64,000 nt of DNA from assembly GCA_950097015.1 (NCBI GenBank), contig CATNEN010000001.1, positions 6,138,001-6,202,000 of the forward strand, read 5' to 3'. Under the pieces are notes generated by a model. That model worked only from the letters and a program-made list of their open reading frames with translations, was not told where the DNA came from and did no database searches. Each line of letters begins with the position of its first letter. Within the stretch, counting starts at the first letter, position 1. This DNA is from Macrostomum hystrix. Taxonomy: Eukaryota > Animalia > Platyhelminthes. Below are positions 42,501-53,714 of this stretch, piece by piece. The position numbers and the translations under genes are program-made.

Positions 42501-42685
42501 TCCCTCAGAAATGGCACACTCGTGTACTTTGAATTGGGCAGTGGGTATTTGAATTTCCTCAGGGTCTTTTTAAAGTTAAGCTGCTCACTCTGCAGGATGC
42601 TCAGAGCAGACCAGCTCCTCAAATACGTCAGCCGAGTGCTAGACAATCTACGAAGGTGACCAAAGCAGTTAGCTTCAACCTGCAT

Positions 42686-42721
<36 letters not shown>

Positions 42722-45478
42722 GCAGTTGATTCAATCGATGCAAAATGTCGAAAAACAATCCACGAATCGAATCACTTAAAGCAACAGCAGCGGAGGCAGA
42801 AGCAGTCAGATCAGCAGCAGCAGCAGCAGCAGTTTGAGCGTCAATTGTCCGAGCGGTCTCTTTCAAGGAGAAAGCGAACACCGAAAGACAATCATTCGCA
42901 GAAGGAGAAAATTTCAGACAGGTAAGAATCTCAAATTTTTTCTAGCACAGAAATCATTTTCATATTGATAGCGGCAGGTATCGATGCGTCACCTAAAAAA
43001 GTACGATTGGCGAGGATTTGTGGCAGCATGTGAGTATGTGATAGTCTACCTTTTACACTAGATGAGTGTGTTTACTGAAAACTAGAGTAAATACATCAAT
43101 TTAGTGTGCTGACTTCTCCGGGGATTGTGTCAGTGTATTGTGGAAACATTGATTGCAAAGGACCCCACCTGACTGTGTGCGTAACAATTTAGGTAAGTCA
43201 CTTGAAAGAAACTTGGATGAAACTGACAGTGAAGACTATGCGGCCAATGTGGCGCATAATCGGTGTTCAACATCTGATGCAGAATTTGCTTGTCACATAG
43301 TGGAATATGGACATTTCATTTGAATTTGAGCTTTTTCATGTTTAGCCCGGACCAGCGAGCCTTGGCCAACCGGACAGACACGGCCAATTAAATACCGACT
43401 CTCGCATGGCTTATCTCCGATTGCTTTTGCCCTCCGCTGTCTTATCTCTGTTCGGTGTAACCTCAATCGTCTCATCTCTCAAGTGTCTTATCTCTCCCGT
43501 GTCTCATCTCTCCCGCGCCTCATCTCTCCCCTGTCTCATCTCTTCACTGTCTCATCTCTCCCCTGTCTTATCTCTCCTGTGTCTCATCTCTGCCGTGTCT
43601 ATCTCTCTCGCGTCTCATCTCTCCCCTTTCTCATCTCTCCCGCGCCTCATCTCTCCCCTGTCTCATCTCTCCCGTGTCTCATCTCTTCACTGTCTCATCT
43701 CTCCCTGTCTCATCTCTCCCATGTCTCATCTCTCTCCTGTCTCATCTCTCCCGCGCCTCATCTCTTCACTGTCTCATCTCTCCCCTGTCTCATCTCTCCC
43801 GTGTCTCATCTCTCCTGTGTGTCATCTCTCCTGTGTGTCATCTCTCCCGTGTCTCATCTCTCCCGTGTCTCATCTCTGCCGTGTCTATCTCTCTCGCGTC
43901 TCATCTCTCCCCTGTCTCATCTCTCCCCTGTCTCATCTCTCCCCTGTCTCATCTGTCCCGTGTCTCATCTCTTCCGTGTCTATCTCTCCCGTGTCTCATC
44001 TCTCCCCTGTCTCATCTCTCCCTTGTCTCATCTGTCCTGTGTCTCATATCTTCCGTGTCTATCTCTCCCGTGTCTCATCTGTCCCGTGTCTCATCTCTCT
44101 CCCGTCTCATCTCTCCCGTGTCTCATCTCTTCACTGTCTCATCTCTTCACTGTCTCATCTCTCCCCTGTCTCATCTCTGCCGTGTCTATCTCTCTCGCGT
44201 CTCATCTCTTCCCTGTCTCATCTCTCCCATGTCTATCTCTCCCCTGTCTCAACTCTCCCCTGTTTCATCTCTCCCGTGGGTCATCTCTCCCCTGTCTCAT
44301 CTGTCCCGTGTCTATCTCTCCTGTGTGTCATCTCTCCTGTGTGTCATCTCTCCCGTGTCTCATCTCTCCCGTGTCTCATCTCTCCTGTGTGTCATCTCTC
44401 CTGTGTGTCATCTCTCCCGTGTCTCATCTCTCCCGTGTCTCATCTCTGCCGTGTCTATCTCTCTCGCGTCTCATCTCTCCCCTGTCTCATCTCTCCCCTG
44501 TCTCATCTCTCCCCTGTCTCATCTGTCCCGTGTCTCATCTCTTCCGTGTCTATCTCTCCCGTGTCTCATCTCTCCCCTGTCTCATCTCTCCCTTGTCTCA
44601 TCTGTCCTGTGTCTCATATCTTCCGTGTCTATCTCTCCCGTGTCTCATCTGTCCCGTGTCTCATCTCTCTCCCGTCTCATCTCTCCCGTGTCTCATCTCT
44701 TCACTGTCTCATCTCTTCACTGTCTCATCTCTCCCCTGTCTCATCTCTGCCGTGTCTATCTCTCTCGCGTCTCATCTCTTCACTGTCTCATCTCTCCCAT
44801 GTCTATCTCTCCCCTGTCTCAACTCTCCCCTGTTTCATCTCTCCCGTGGGTCATCTCTCCCCTGTCTCATCTGTCCCGTGTCTATCTCTCCCGTGTCTAT
44901 CTCTCCCGTGTCTATCTCTCCCCTGTCTCAACTCTCCCCTGTTTCATCTCTCCCGTGTGTCCTCTCTCCACTGTCTTATCTCTCCCCTGTCTATCTCTCC
45001 CCTGTCTGAACTCTCCCTGTTTCATTTCTGCCCTGTCTCATATCTCCACAATCGCATCTCTTCACTGTCTCCTCTTTTGTCTCATCTCTTCTATCTGTAG
45101 TCTATGCATTCTCTACAGTCTGTAGCCTATGGATATTATCTCCAGTCTATTATCTCACCCGTGTCTCAGCTTTCCGCTTTCTCATCCCTGTGCCACTCTC
45201 CTATAAATATATTTATTCAAGCATTAAAGAGCTTGCCACCCCATCAAACGCGCACCTATAGTCGCCTGATCGAAGTACACTCAACAATGGTGGACACAAT
45301 GGACAACACGGTACGAAAGCAGCTGGACTTCCTGCAACTGCTTCAGGATGGTCGAATCAGCGTGCCGTATTATCGGGAGATAATGAAGAATTTGTTGGCT
45401 ATGCAGACTAGAACTATTCAGCAGGTGTTGGACGCCATACAGTCGAATGAGATGCGAGTTGACGATTGTGAGGACTAA
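36710..45478 (+). CDS. Uncharacterised low-complexity poly-Q protein with a helical C-terminal domain (model incomplete)
   Basis: Well-supported exons 38970-39784 and 42596-42921; probable last exon about 45222-45478; tentative exons 36710-36794, about 38575-38745 and about 40782-40985. Strong GTAAG donors and CAG runs. The link from 42921 to the last exon is unresolved. Confidence 0.55.
37878..37891. promoter_or_regulatory. RFX X-box GTTGCCATGGAAAC
   Basis: Canonical 14-bp X-box in non-repetitive sequence upstream of the orphan's large exon. Confidence 0.65.
38153..38249 (+). mobile_element. SINE family 1, 3' fragment
   Basis: ATGAGAAAGT...CCTCGCTGGCTGCGGG followed by (ATT)n. Confidence 0.65.
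39965..40400. repeat. 40-bp G-rich minisatellite with an 80-bp dimer structure
   Basis: Alternating GAGAGGCACGGTGTGAGG and GAGAAGCGCGGTGTGGGT units. Confidence 0.9.
41335..41825. repeat. 33-bp minisatellite (CTTCAGTATACTGACGACTACCATCCCTGAATC)n
   Basis: Tandem periodicity. Confidence 0.92.
43435..45100. repeat. 16-bp minisatellite (TGTCTCATCTCTCCCC)n with a 570-bp higher-order duplication
   Basis: Tandem periodicity; identical variant strings at 44041 and 44611. Confidence 0.96.
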
Positions 45479-47109
45479 AATAGTTTTATTGGTATTTCAA
45501 GAACGTGTACATGTACAAAGTATATCAATACAAGCATGTATAATTTAAGAACTAGTTCTAATAATTATTGATTCTAGCAAATGTGAAGGATAGGGCAACA
45601 GCCCTATATGTATACTATGTACATATATAGTATAGCCCCACCCCAAAACCAAAACCAAACCCCAAAACCAACGCGCTAAACCAATGTACACTTATGTTAG
45701 GGAATCCAAGCCATTTTTGCTATGTACATGTTTGGCAATTTCCTACCCGACATTTCTGACCCCTCACCGACCAGCCTCACTTCGAAAACTGTTCCTGCTA
45801 CGTACATCATCTAGCCCACCCCACGCCCTTAACCAATGTACATTTATGTTGGGAAGCATATTAAATATTTAGGTAAAAAACAGAAAGCAACAAACTAAAA
45901 AACTGGCTACTACCCAGTAGAAGAAAAAATGTCTGCGATTAACTTGTTCTTGTCAGCGAATAGCATGTTGTGATAGATCTGTTTATTTTTTTCTCAGTCT
46001 TTCTCGCAAAAGTGAGGCTCTCCTCATTAATTGAATGATTTTGAATCTAGGGTATCAATAATTTCATTAGATGGCTTATACGGTAAACAAATGACTTTCT
46101 AAATTTCACTGTAAGATCATCTTTAGCTTGCTTCCATAATAAAACTATATTTTATTGTTACATTTTCAAATCGATTAGTAAGAATTTATTTTCACTTGCC
46201 TACTCATAGTAAACACCATAGTTTGTGATTTCGAAATATTTATATGAACTACGTTTTGTTATGGATATTTTTCGACAAATCATAGAGCCTTTGAATTAGA
46301 TCAGTCATGTTCAGACCATCACTTGTTTATTTTTTGGATTACAGAAATTATTGCAATAAAAATATACTTGAGATTAAAGTAATATCGTCCCTTATAAAAG
46401 CAACTGAAGTCACATAAAAATCAGACTGCACTTTATAAATTAAATTAGACTCGTTGGATCAGAATTACATTCTTAGTTAAATAGAACGACTTTATATTTC
46501 TCTTGAAAAGCGATTGAATAACCAAGTTCGATTCATTCGATGAAAGATAGATTTAGTAAAAAACTGAAAATCATATTTAATTACTTTTCGATGCGTCAAT
46601 CCTTATTAGGCACATGCGGAAAAACTAAAATGTAGAGTTGGTAGTTTTGTTATAATTCTTGATTCCCTTTTTTGCTGTATGCTTATGCATGTAGTCTATC
46701 TGCCAAATGCATTAAATAATTAATATTTGAAATGACACAATTTTAGAGAAAACTGAAGTGAATCACAAAGCAATTACAATTTTCACTTATTACAATTAAG
46801 CCAATTTATTTTTAGCTGAGAAAATAACTTTCTAGGAAACATGAGAAATAGACTCTTAACGGCATAGTCTTTGTAAGAAAATGTAAGAATATATCAAAGG
46901 GAATTTCTTTATTGTTTTTATGCAAAATGTATCTGAAAATAAATATATTTATACGAGAGGTAAAAAACTAAATCACTGTACTAATTATTGCATAAATTGT
47001 AACAGATTAAATAAAAATCATTTTCGTCATGCTTTTTATGATCTGAGTTTAAGGAAAATAAGTTTTCTGATCAACGTGTAATTCATCTTTCCCTTTCTGG
47101 TTTTACTGT

Positions 47110-50100
47110 TTACATTAGCGAGCAAGCCTTGCTGCTGGCTGAATTTGGTCCACCATTCGATTCGGTCGCTTTGTCGTCATTCATCTGGCGCTTGAGTCGC
47201 ATCATCTGAGAATAAAATTGGACAATAATGAGTTCATTATTGACAAAAAATCTTTGAAAAAAAATTGCATGGTTCGACTGACTTTTCTTCAATTATTTAA
47301 GTTGGGAGGTAAGTAGCGGAGCGGTTAACGCGTTTGCCTCTCGCACCAAGGTCCCTGAGCTCGATTCCGTGGCGAGGCCACATTCAATTGGTCGCAGCCG
47401 CGGAGAGAAGGCTTGGGGGCTTGTCGTGCAATTCACGCCCTTGAGGGCCAACCTCCGACGCACTGTGAGAGTGTACACTGTCTGACGATGAGAAAGTCAG
47501 GGCAGATGTATACACCTGTGTCAGCGTGTGCCTGCGTACGATATCTGTGTGCTTGTGAGTCAGCGAAATGGGCAGAATTGCCTCCTCGCTGGCTGCATGT
47601 CTAGTGTCACCAAATGATGTGCCATTGCCCGCAGCCCTCCTGCAATTATTATTATTATTATTAATTATTCATGTTTTTAGTGTAATTATTTATTGTAATA
47701 TACGCGATTGAGTCTTAAAGCGATTCTCGCACACGGAGGTGCCTGAGCTCGAATCCGCGGGGAGGCACGGTATACAATGTACGGCTCACCTTGGCGATGA
47801 TCTCGGCATTGGTTCGAAACTTTGATCCCGAGCTGTGCGCCAAGGCGGTCACGGAGCGCAGAAGTGCTCCAAAGTCCTGCTCAGCAGGCGGCTTGTCGGC
47901 CCACTCTCGGCATAGAGCCTGCAGTCGACGCTCTTTGGCTTCGAGGCGTTCTGATTTTCTCTGCAAAGCCACCAGTTCGGAGCGGATCCTGCTCAGGTCT
48001 GAGTCGGCCGTCTGTCTGGCCGTCTGAGCTCGGCCTCCGCCGGGACCGCTACCGCGGCTTCCGGACCGTCCGGTGGCGAGCCGGTCCATCTCGCGCAGAT
48101 CCCGCGTGCTCATCTTGGCCAGCTTCGGGTCCAGCGAGGTCTCGTCCTGCAGGCAGTACACATCCAAGCTGACGTGACCGTGTACGAAGAAGTCCAAGTT
48201 GGATTGTTGCACCCGGCGCAGGCTGAACAGTTTCTCGAATTTGAAGTGCGGCTCCAGGGTGTCTTTTACGGTTTGAGTTGTGGCCTGAATGATTTTGGCG
48301 GTGTGAGATCGCTTTTAAGCTATGCCTACCCGCTGCAGGGAGAGATGAGACAGTGGAGGGATGAGACAAGGGAGAGATGAGACAGGGAAGAGATGAGACA
48401 GTGGAGAGATGAGACAGGGGAGAGATGAGACAGGGGAGAGATGAGACAGGGGAGAGATGAGACAGTGGAGAGATGAGACAGGGGAGAGATGAGACAGGGG
48501 AGAGATGAGACAGTGGAGAGATGAGACAGGGGAGAGATGAGACAGGGAAGAGATGAGACAGTGGAGAGACGAGACAGGGGAGAGATAGAGATGAGACAGG
48601 GGAGAGATGCGACATGGGGAGAGATAAGACAGTGGACAGAAGAGACAGGGGAGAGATGAGACAGTGGAGAGATGAGACAGGGGAGAGATGAGACAGGGGA
48701 GAGATGAGACAGTGGAGATATGACAAAGCGGAGAGATAAGACACGGAATAGATGAGACAGTTAATCGGTAATAAAATCAGTAGTCAAATCAGTAATCGAC
48801 TCAGTAATCAAATCAGTAATCAAATCGGTAATCAAATCAGTAGTCGAATTATTAAACAAATCGGTAATCAAATCGGAAATCAAATCAGTAATAAAATCGG
48901 TTAAATGATAAAATTTCGCGAACCTGTTGACCCAGAAGTTGAAATGCCACCCTACAGCCTTTGCTATATCTAGCCCTCTGCAATTCCGCCCGGACAATCC
49001 TGACAGTGAAGTGAAATGGCTTCTCAAGCAGCTCCGAGGGTTCGTCAACAAAGCTGTCTTCGTCCAACGGCCTGCCCTGGGCCGTGCAAGGCGTCACCTC
49101 GACTGAGATGTAGCCCTCTTCAACTCCGCGGTAGTTCACTATGGGCAGGCGATCTTCAAAGTCCAAGCAGTAGGCCAGCGACTGTAGGAACACGTTTGCG
49201 CTGCCTATCAGCAGCTCCTCCGGGGGTTCCCAGAAAGGGTCGCTGTCACGCGGGATGGACAAAACCGACTGGTCGCCGCTGAGGAAGCGCTGATATAGAT
49301 CCTGCATCAGGTAGCGGCGATTCATAAATTTGCCACGCTCCCACATCCACACTACGTCGTTCATCAGGTTGCGCATTGTCACCATGCACCTGGACGGAGT
49401 GGGGTTTCGTGTCATTATGTTAGACGAGCAATCAGTATTAGACATGAACCGTCATTTTTGACATGAACCATCCGTTTTAGACATAAACCATCATTTTTGA
49501 CATGAACCATCCGTTTTAGACATGAACCGTCATTTTTGACATGAACCATCCGTTTTAGACATAAACCATCATTTTTGACATGAACCATCCGTTTTAGACA
49601 TGAACCAACAGTTTTAGACATGAACCATCATTTTTAGACATGAACCATCATTTTTAGACATGAACCTTCATTTTTAGACATGAACCGTCATTTTTAGACA
49701 TGAACCTTCATTTTTAGACATGAACCGTCAGTTTTAGACATGAACCTTCATTTTTAGACATAAAACTCATTTTTAGACATGAACCTTCATTTTTAGACAT
49801 GAACCATCATTTTAGACATGAACCATCATTTTAGACATGAACCGTCAGTTTTAGACATGAACCGTCAATTTTAGACATGAACCATCATTTTTAGACACGA
49901 ACCTTCATTTTTAATCATGAACCATCATTTTTAGACACGAACCTTCATTTTTAGACATGAACCGTCAGTTTTAGACATGAACCATCATTTTTAGACACGA
50001 ACCTTCATTTTTAGACATGAACCGTCAGTTTTAGACATGAACCTTCATTTTTAGACATGAACCGTCAGTTTTAGACACGAACCTTCATTTTTAGACATGA

Positions 50101-52385
50101 ACCGTCATTTTTAGACATGAACCTTCATTTTTAGACATGAACCGTCAGTTTTAGACATGAACCGTCAGTTTTAGACATGAACCTTCATTTTTAGACATGA
50201 ACCGTCATTTTAGACATGAACCATCATTTTAGACATGAACCATCCGTTTTAGACATGAACCGTCAGTTTTAGACATGAACCATCATTTTTAGACACGAAC
50301 CTTCATTTTTAGACATGAACCGTCATTTTTAGACATGAACCATCATTTTAGACATGAACCGTCAGTTTTAGACATGAACCGTCAGTTTTAGACATGAACC
50401 ATCATTTTTAGACACGAACCTTCATTTTTAGACACGAACCATCATTTTTAGACATGAACCATCATTTTAGACATGAACCGTCAGTTTTAGACATGAACCG
50501 TCAGTTTTAGACATGAACCATCATTTTTAGACACGAACCTTCATTTTTAGACATGAACCATCATTTTTAGACACGAACCTTCATTTTTAGACATGAACCG
50601 TCAGTTTTAGACATTAACCATCATTTTTAGACACGAACCTTCATTTTTAGACATGAACCGTCAGTTTTAGACATGAACCTTCATTTTTAGACATGAACCG
50701 TCAGTTTTAGACACGAACCTTCATTTTTAGACATGAACCGTCATTTTTAGACACGAACCTTCATTTTTAGACATGAACCGTCAGTTTTAGACATGAACCG
50801 TCAGTTTTAGACATGAACCTTCATTTTTAGACATGAACCGTCATTTTAGACATGAACCATCATTTTAGACATGAACCATCCGTTTTAGACATGAACCGTC
50901 AGTTTTAGACATGAACCATCATTTTTAGACACGAACCTTCATTTTTAGACATGAACCGTCATTTTTAGACATGAACCATCATTTTAGACATGAACCGTCA
51001 GTTTTAGACATGAACCGTCAGTTTTAGACATGAACCATCATTTTTAGACACGAACCTTCATTTTTAGACACGAACCATCATTTTTAGACACGAACCATCA
51101 TTTTTAGACATGAACCATCATTTTAGACATGAACCGTCAGTTTTAGACATGAACCGCCAGTTTTAGACATGAACCTTCATTTTTAGACATGAACCTTCAT
51201 TTTTAGACATGAACCGTCATTTTTAGACATAAAACTCATTTTTAGACATTAACCTTCATTTTTAGACATGAACCGTCATTTTTGACATGAACCATCATTT
51301 TAGATATGAACCATCATTTTTAGACATGAACCATCATTTTTAGACATGAACCTTCATTTTAGACATGAACCTTCATTTTAGACATGAACCGTCATTTTTA
51401 GACATGAACCGTCATTTTTAGACATGAACCTTCATTTTTAGACATGAACCATCATTTTTAGACATGAACCTTCATTTTTAGACATGAACCTTCATTTTTA
51501 GACATGAACCGTCATTTTTAGACATAAAACTCATTTTTAGACATTAACCTTCATTTTTAGACATGAACCGTCATTTTTGACATGAACCATCATTTTAGAT
51601 ATGAACCATCATTTTTAGACATGAACCATCATTTTTAGACATGAACCTTCATTTTAGACATGAACCATCAGTTTTAGACATGAACTATTGTGTTGGAGAT
51701 GAACCTTGCGACAAGACAAAATAGAGCAGAAATTTTTTACAATAAAAGTTTGATGAAGCGAACAAGAGGCTTATCTCATAATAGGCCTTTAATTGCTCAC
51801 ACGTATCTCACATCTGTCCATCTTGCTTAAATCAGAATTTATTTTGGATTTCAGGCCCATACCGCTAAATCGCTTTTATGTTGGTAGAGAGAATTGCTGA
51901 AAAATCAAAATAGCTTTGAACTCCATTTTTGCGACACCGAAACAAAATAAACAATGTCCAACTGGGGGGGGAGATTTTTCCGCCCTAAAGGAAATATTTC
52001 TCGCCAAAAATGCCGGTGTCCTGTACGAGACGCTATAATTGACATTGCAGTCTCCCTCCTCAGGGAAACGCATCCGTTGCCATGACAACCAATAGCTGCT
52101 AAGCCTGCCTACCATTTCTGACAGAGAAACGGCTTTGGTAGAAAGAGAAATACAGAATGGGAGTTCAGCAGGGCTTTGAAAGAAAGGAGAGAGGATATTG
52201 AGGCACTGCCGCAGTTTGCAGGCAGTGTACTGCAGTCAGACAGAGCCACGTACACTGACTGCGTTGCCTTATCAGCGCTCACAGCTTAGCATGATGCTCA
52301 GACAGATTAGTAACTAGCTAACTATACAAACTAACTAACTAACTAACTAACTAACTAGCTAACTAACTAGCTAACTAACTAACTT

Positions 52386-52417
<32 letters not shown>

Positions 52418-53355
52418 GCTAACTAGCTAGCTAGCTAACTCACTAGCTAACTAACTAACTAGCTAACTAACTAGCTAACTAGCTGGTAGCGGCTGCACCG
52501 GAGCGGTTACGAAAATTAGGCTTCTCGGTAGTGGCAAGCATTCATTTGCACTACTGCTTGAGTAGTCTGGTTTTTGTACGGCATAGGCTGGTTCCAGATG
52601 GTAGTTCCTCTGGATAAAAGCGCTTACCGCGCCCATTGGCTTTCCAGCTGCCTTAATCGTTTCCGGTGATCTTGTGTGCGTGCATTCAGCGTGATTGGCT
52701 GCGGCAAGCAAGCTCGAAAGAGCTCGCTTCGCTCGCTCTTTCTCGCTTTCTATATCTATTGCCAGGACCTGCACCGGAGCGGTTACGAAAATTAGGCTTC
52801 TCGGTAGTGGCAAGCATTCATTTGCACTACTGCTTGAGTAGTCTGGTTTTTGTACGGCATAGGCTGGTTCCAGATGGTAGTTCCTCTGGATAAAAGCGCT
52901 TACCGCGCCCATTGGCTTTCCAGCTGCCTTAATCGTTTCCGGTGATCTTGTGTGCGTGCATTCAGCGTGATTGGCTGCGGCAAGCAAGCTCGAAAGAGCT
53001 CGCTTCGCTCGCTCTTTCTCGCTTTCTATAACTAACTAACTAACTAACTAACTAGCTAACTAGCTAGCTAGCTAACTCACTAGCTAACTAACTAACTAGC
53101 TAACTAACTAGCTAACTAACTAACTAACTAACTAGCTAACTAACTAACTTACTAACTAACTAACTAACTAACTAGCTAACTAACTAACTAACTAACAAAC
53201 AAACTAACTAACTAACTAGATAACTAACTAACTAACTAACTAACTAGCCAACTAACTAACTAACTAACTAGATAACTAACTAACTAACTAACAAACAAAC
53301 TAACTAAGAAACAAACAAACAAACTAACTAACTAGATAACTAACTAACTAACTAG

Positions 53356-53410
<55 letters not shown>

Positions 53411-53647
53411 GCTAACTAGCTAACTAACTAACTAACTAACTATCTAACTAACTAACTAACTAACAAACAAACAAACTAACTAACTAACTAGATAACTAAC
53501 TAACTAACTAACTAACTAGCCAACTAACTAACTAACTAACTAACTAGCTAACTAACTAACTAGATAACTAACTAACTAACTAACAAACTAACTAACTAAG
53601 AAACAAACTAACTAACTAACTAACTAGATAACTAACTAACTAACTAG

Positions 53648-53714
<67 letters not shown>

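Noticed and set aside
42972-43460. Small candidate exons linking the orphan's exon at 42921 to its last exon
   Set aside because: The phase-compatible frames hit stops or need weak donors; this cannot be resolved without transcripts.
43406-45125. Three overlapping ORFs of about 500 aa
   Set aside because: The stop-free 16-bp repeat is open in all three frames; no evidence of a protein.
52475-52987. 170-aa ORF with a 92-aa internal repeat
   Set aside because: It follows from the 276-bp tandem unit; no ATG start and no recognisable domain.
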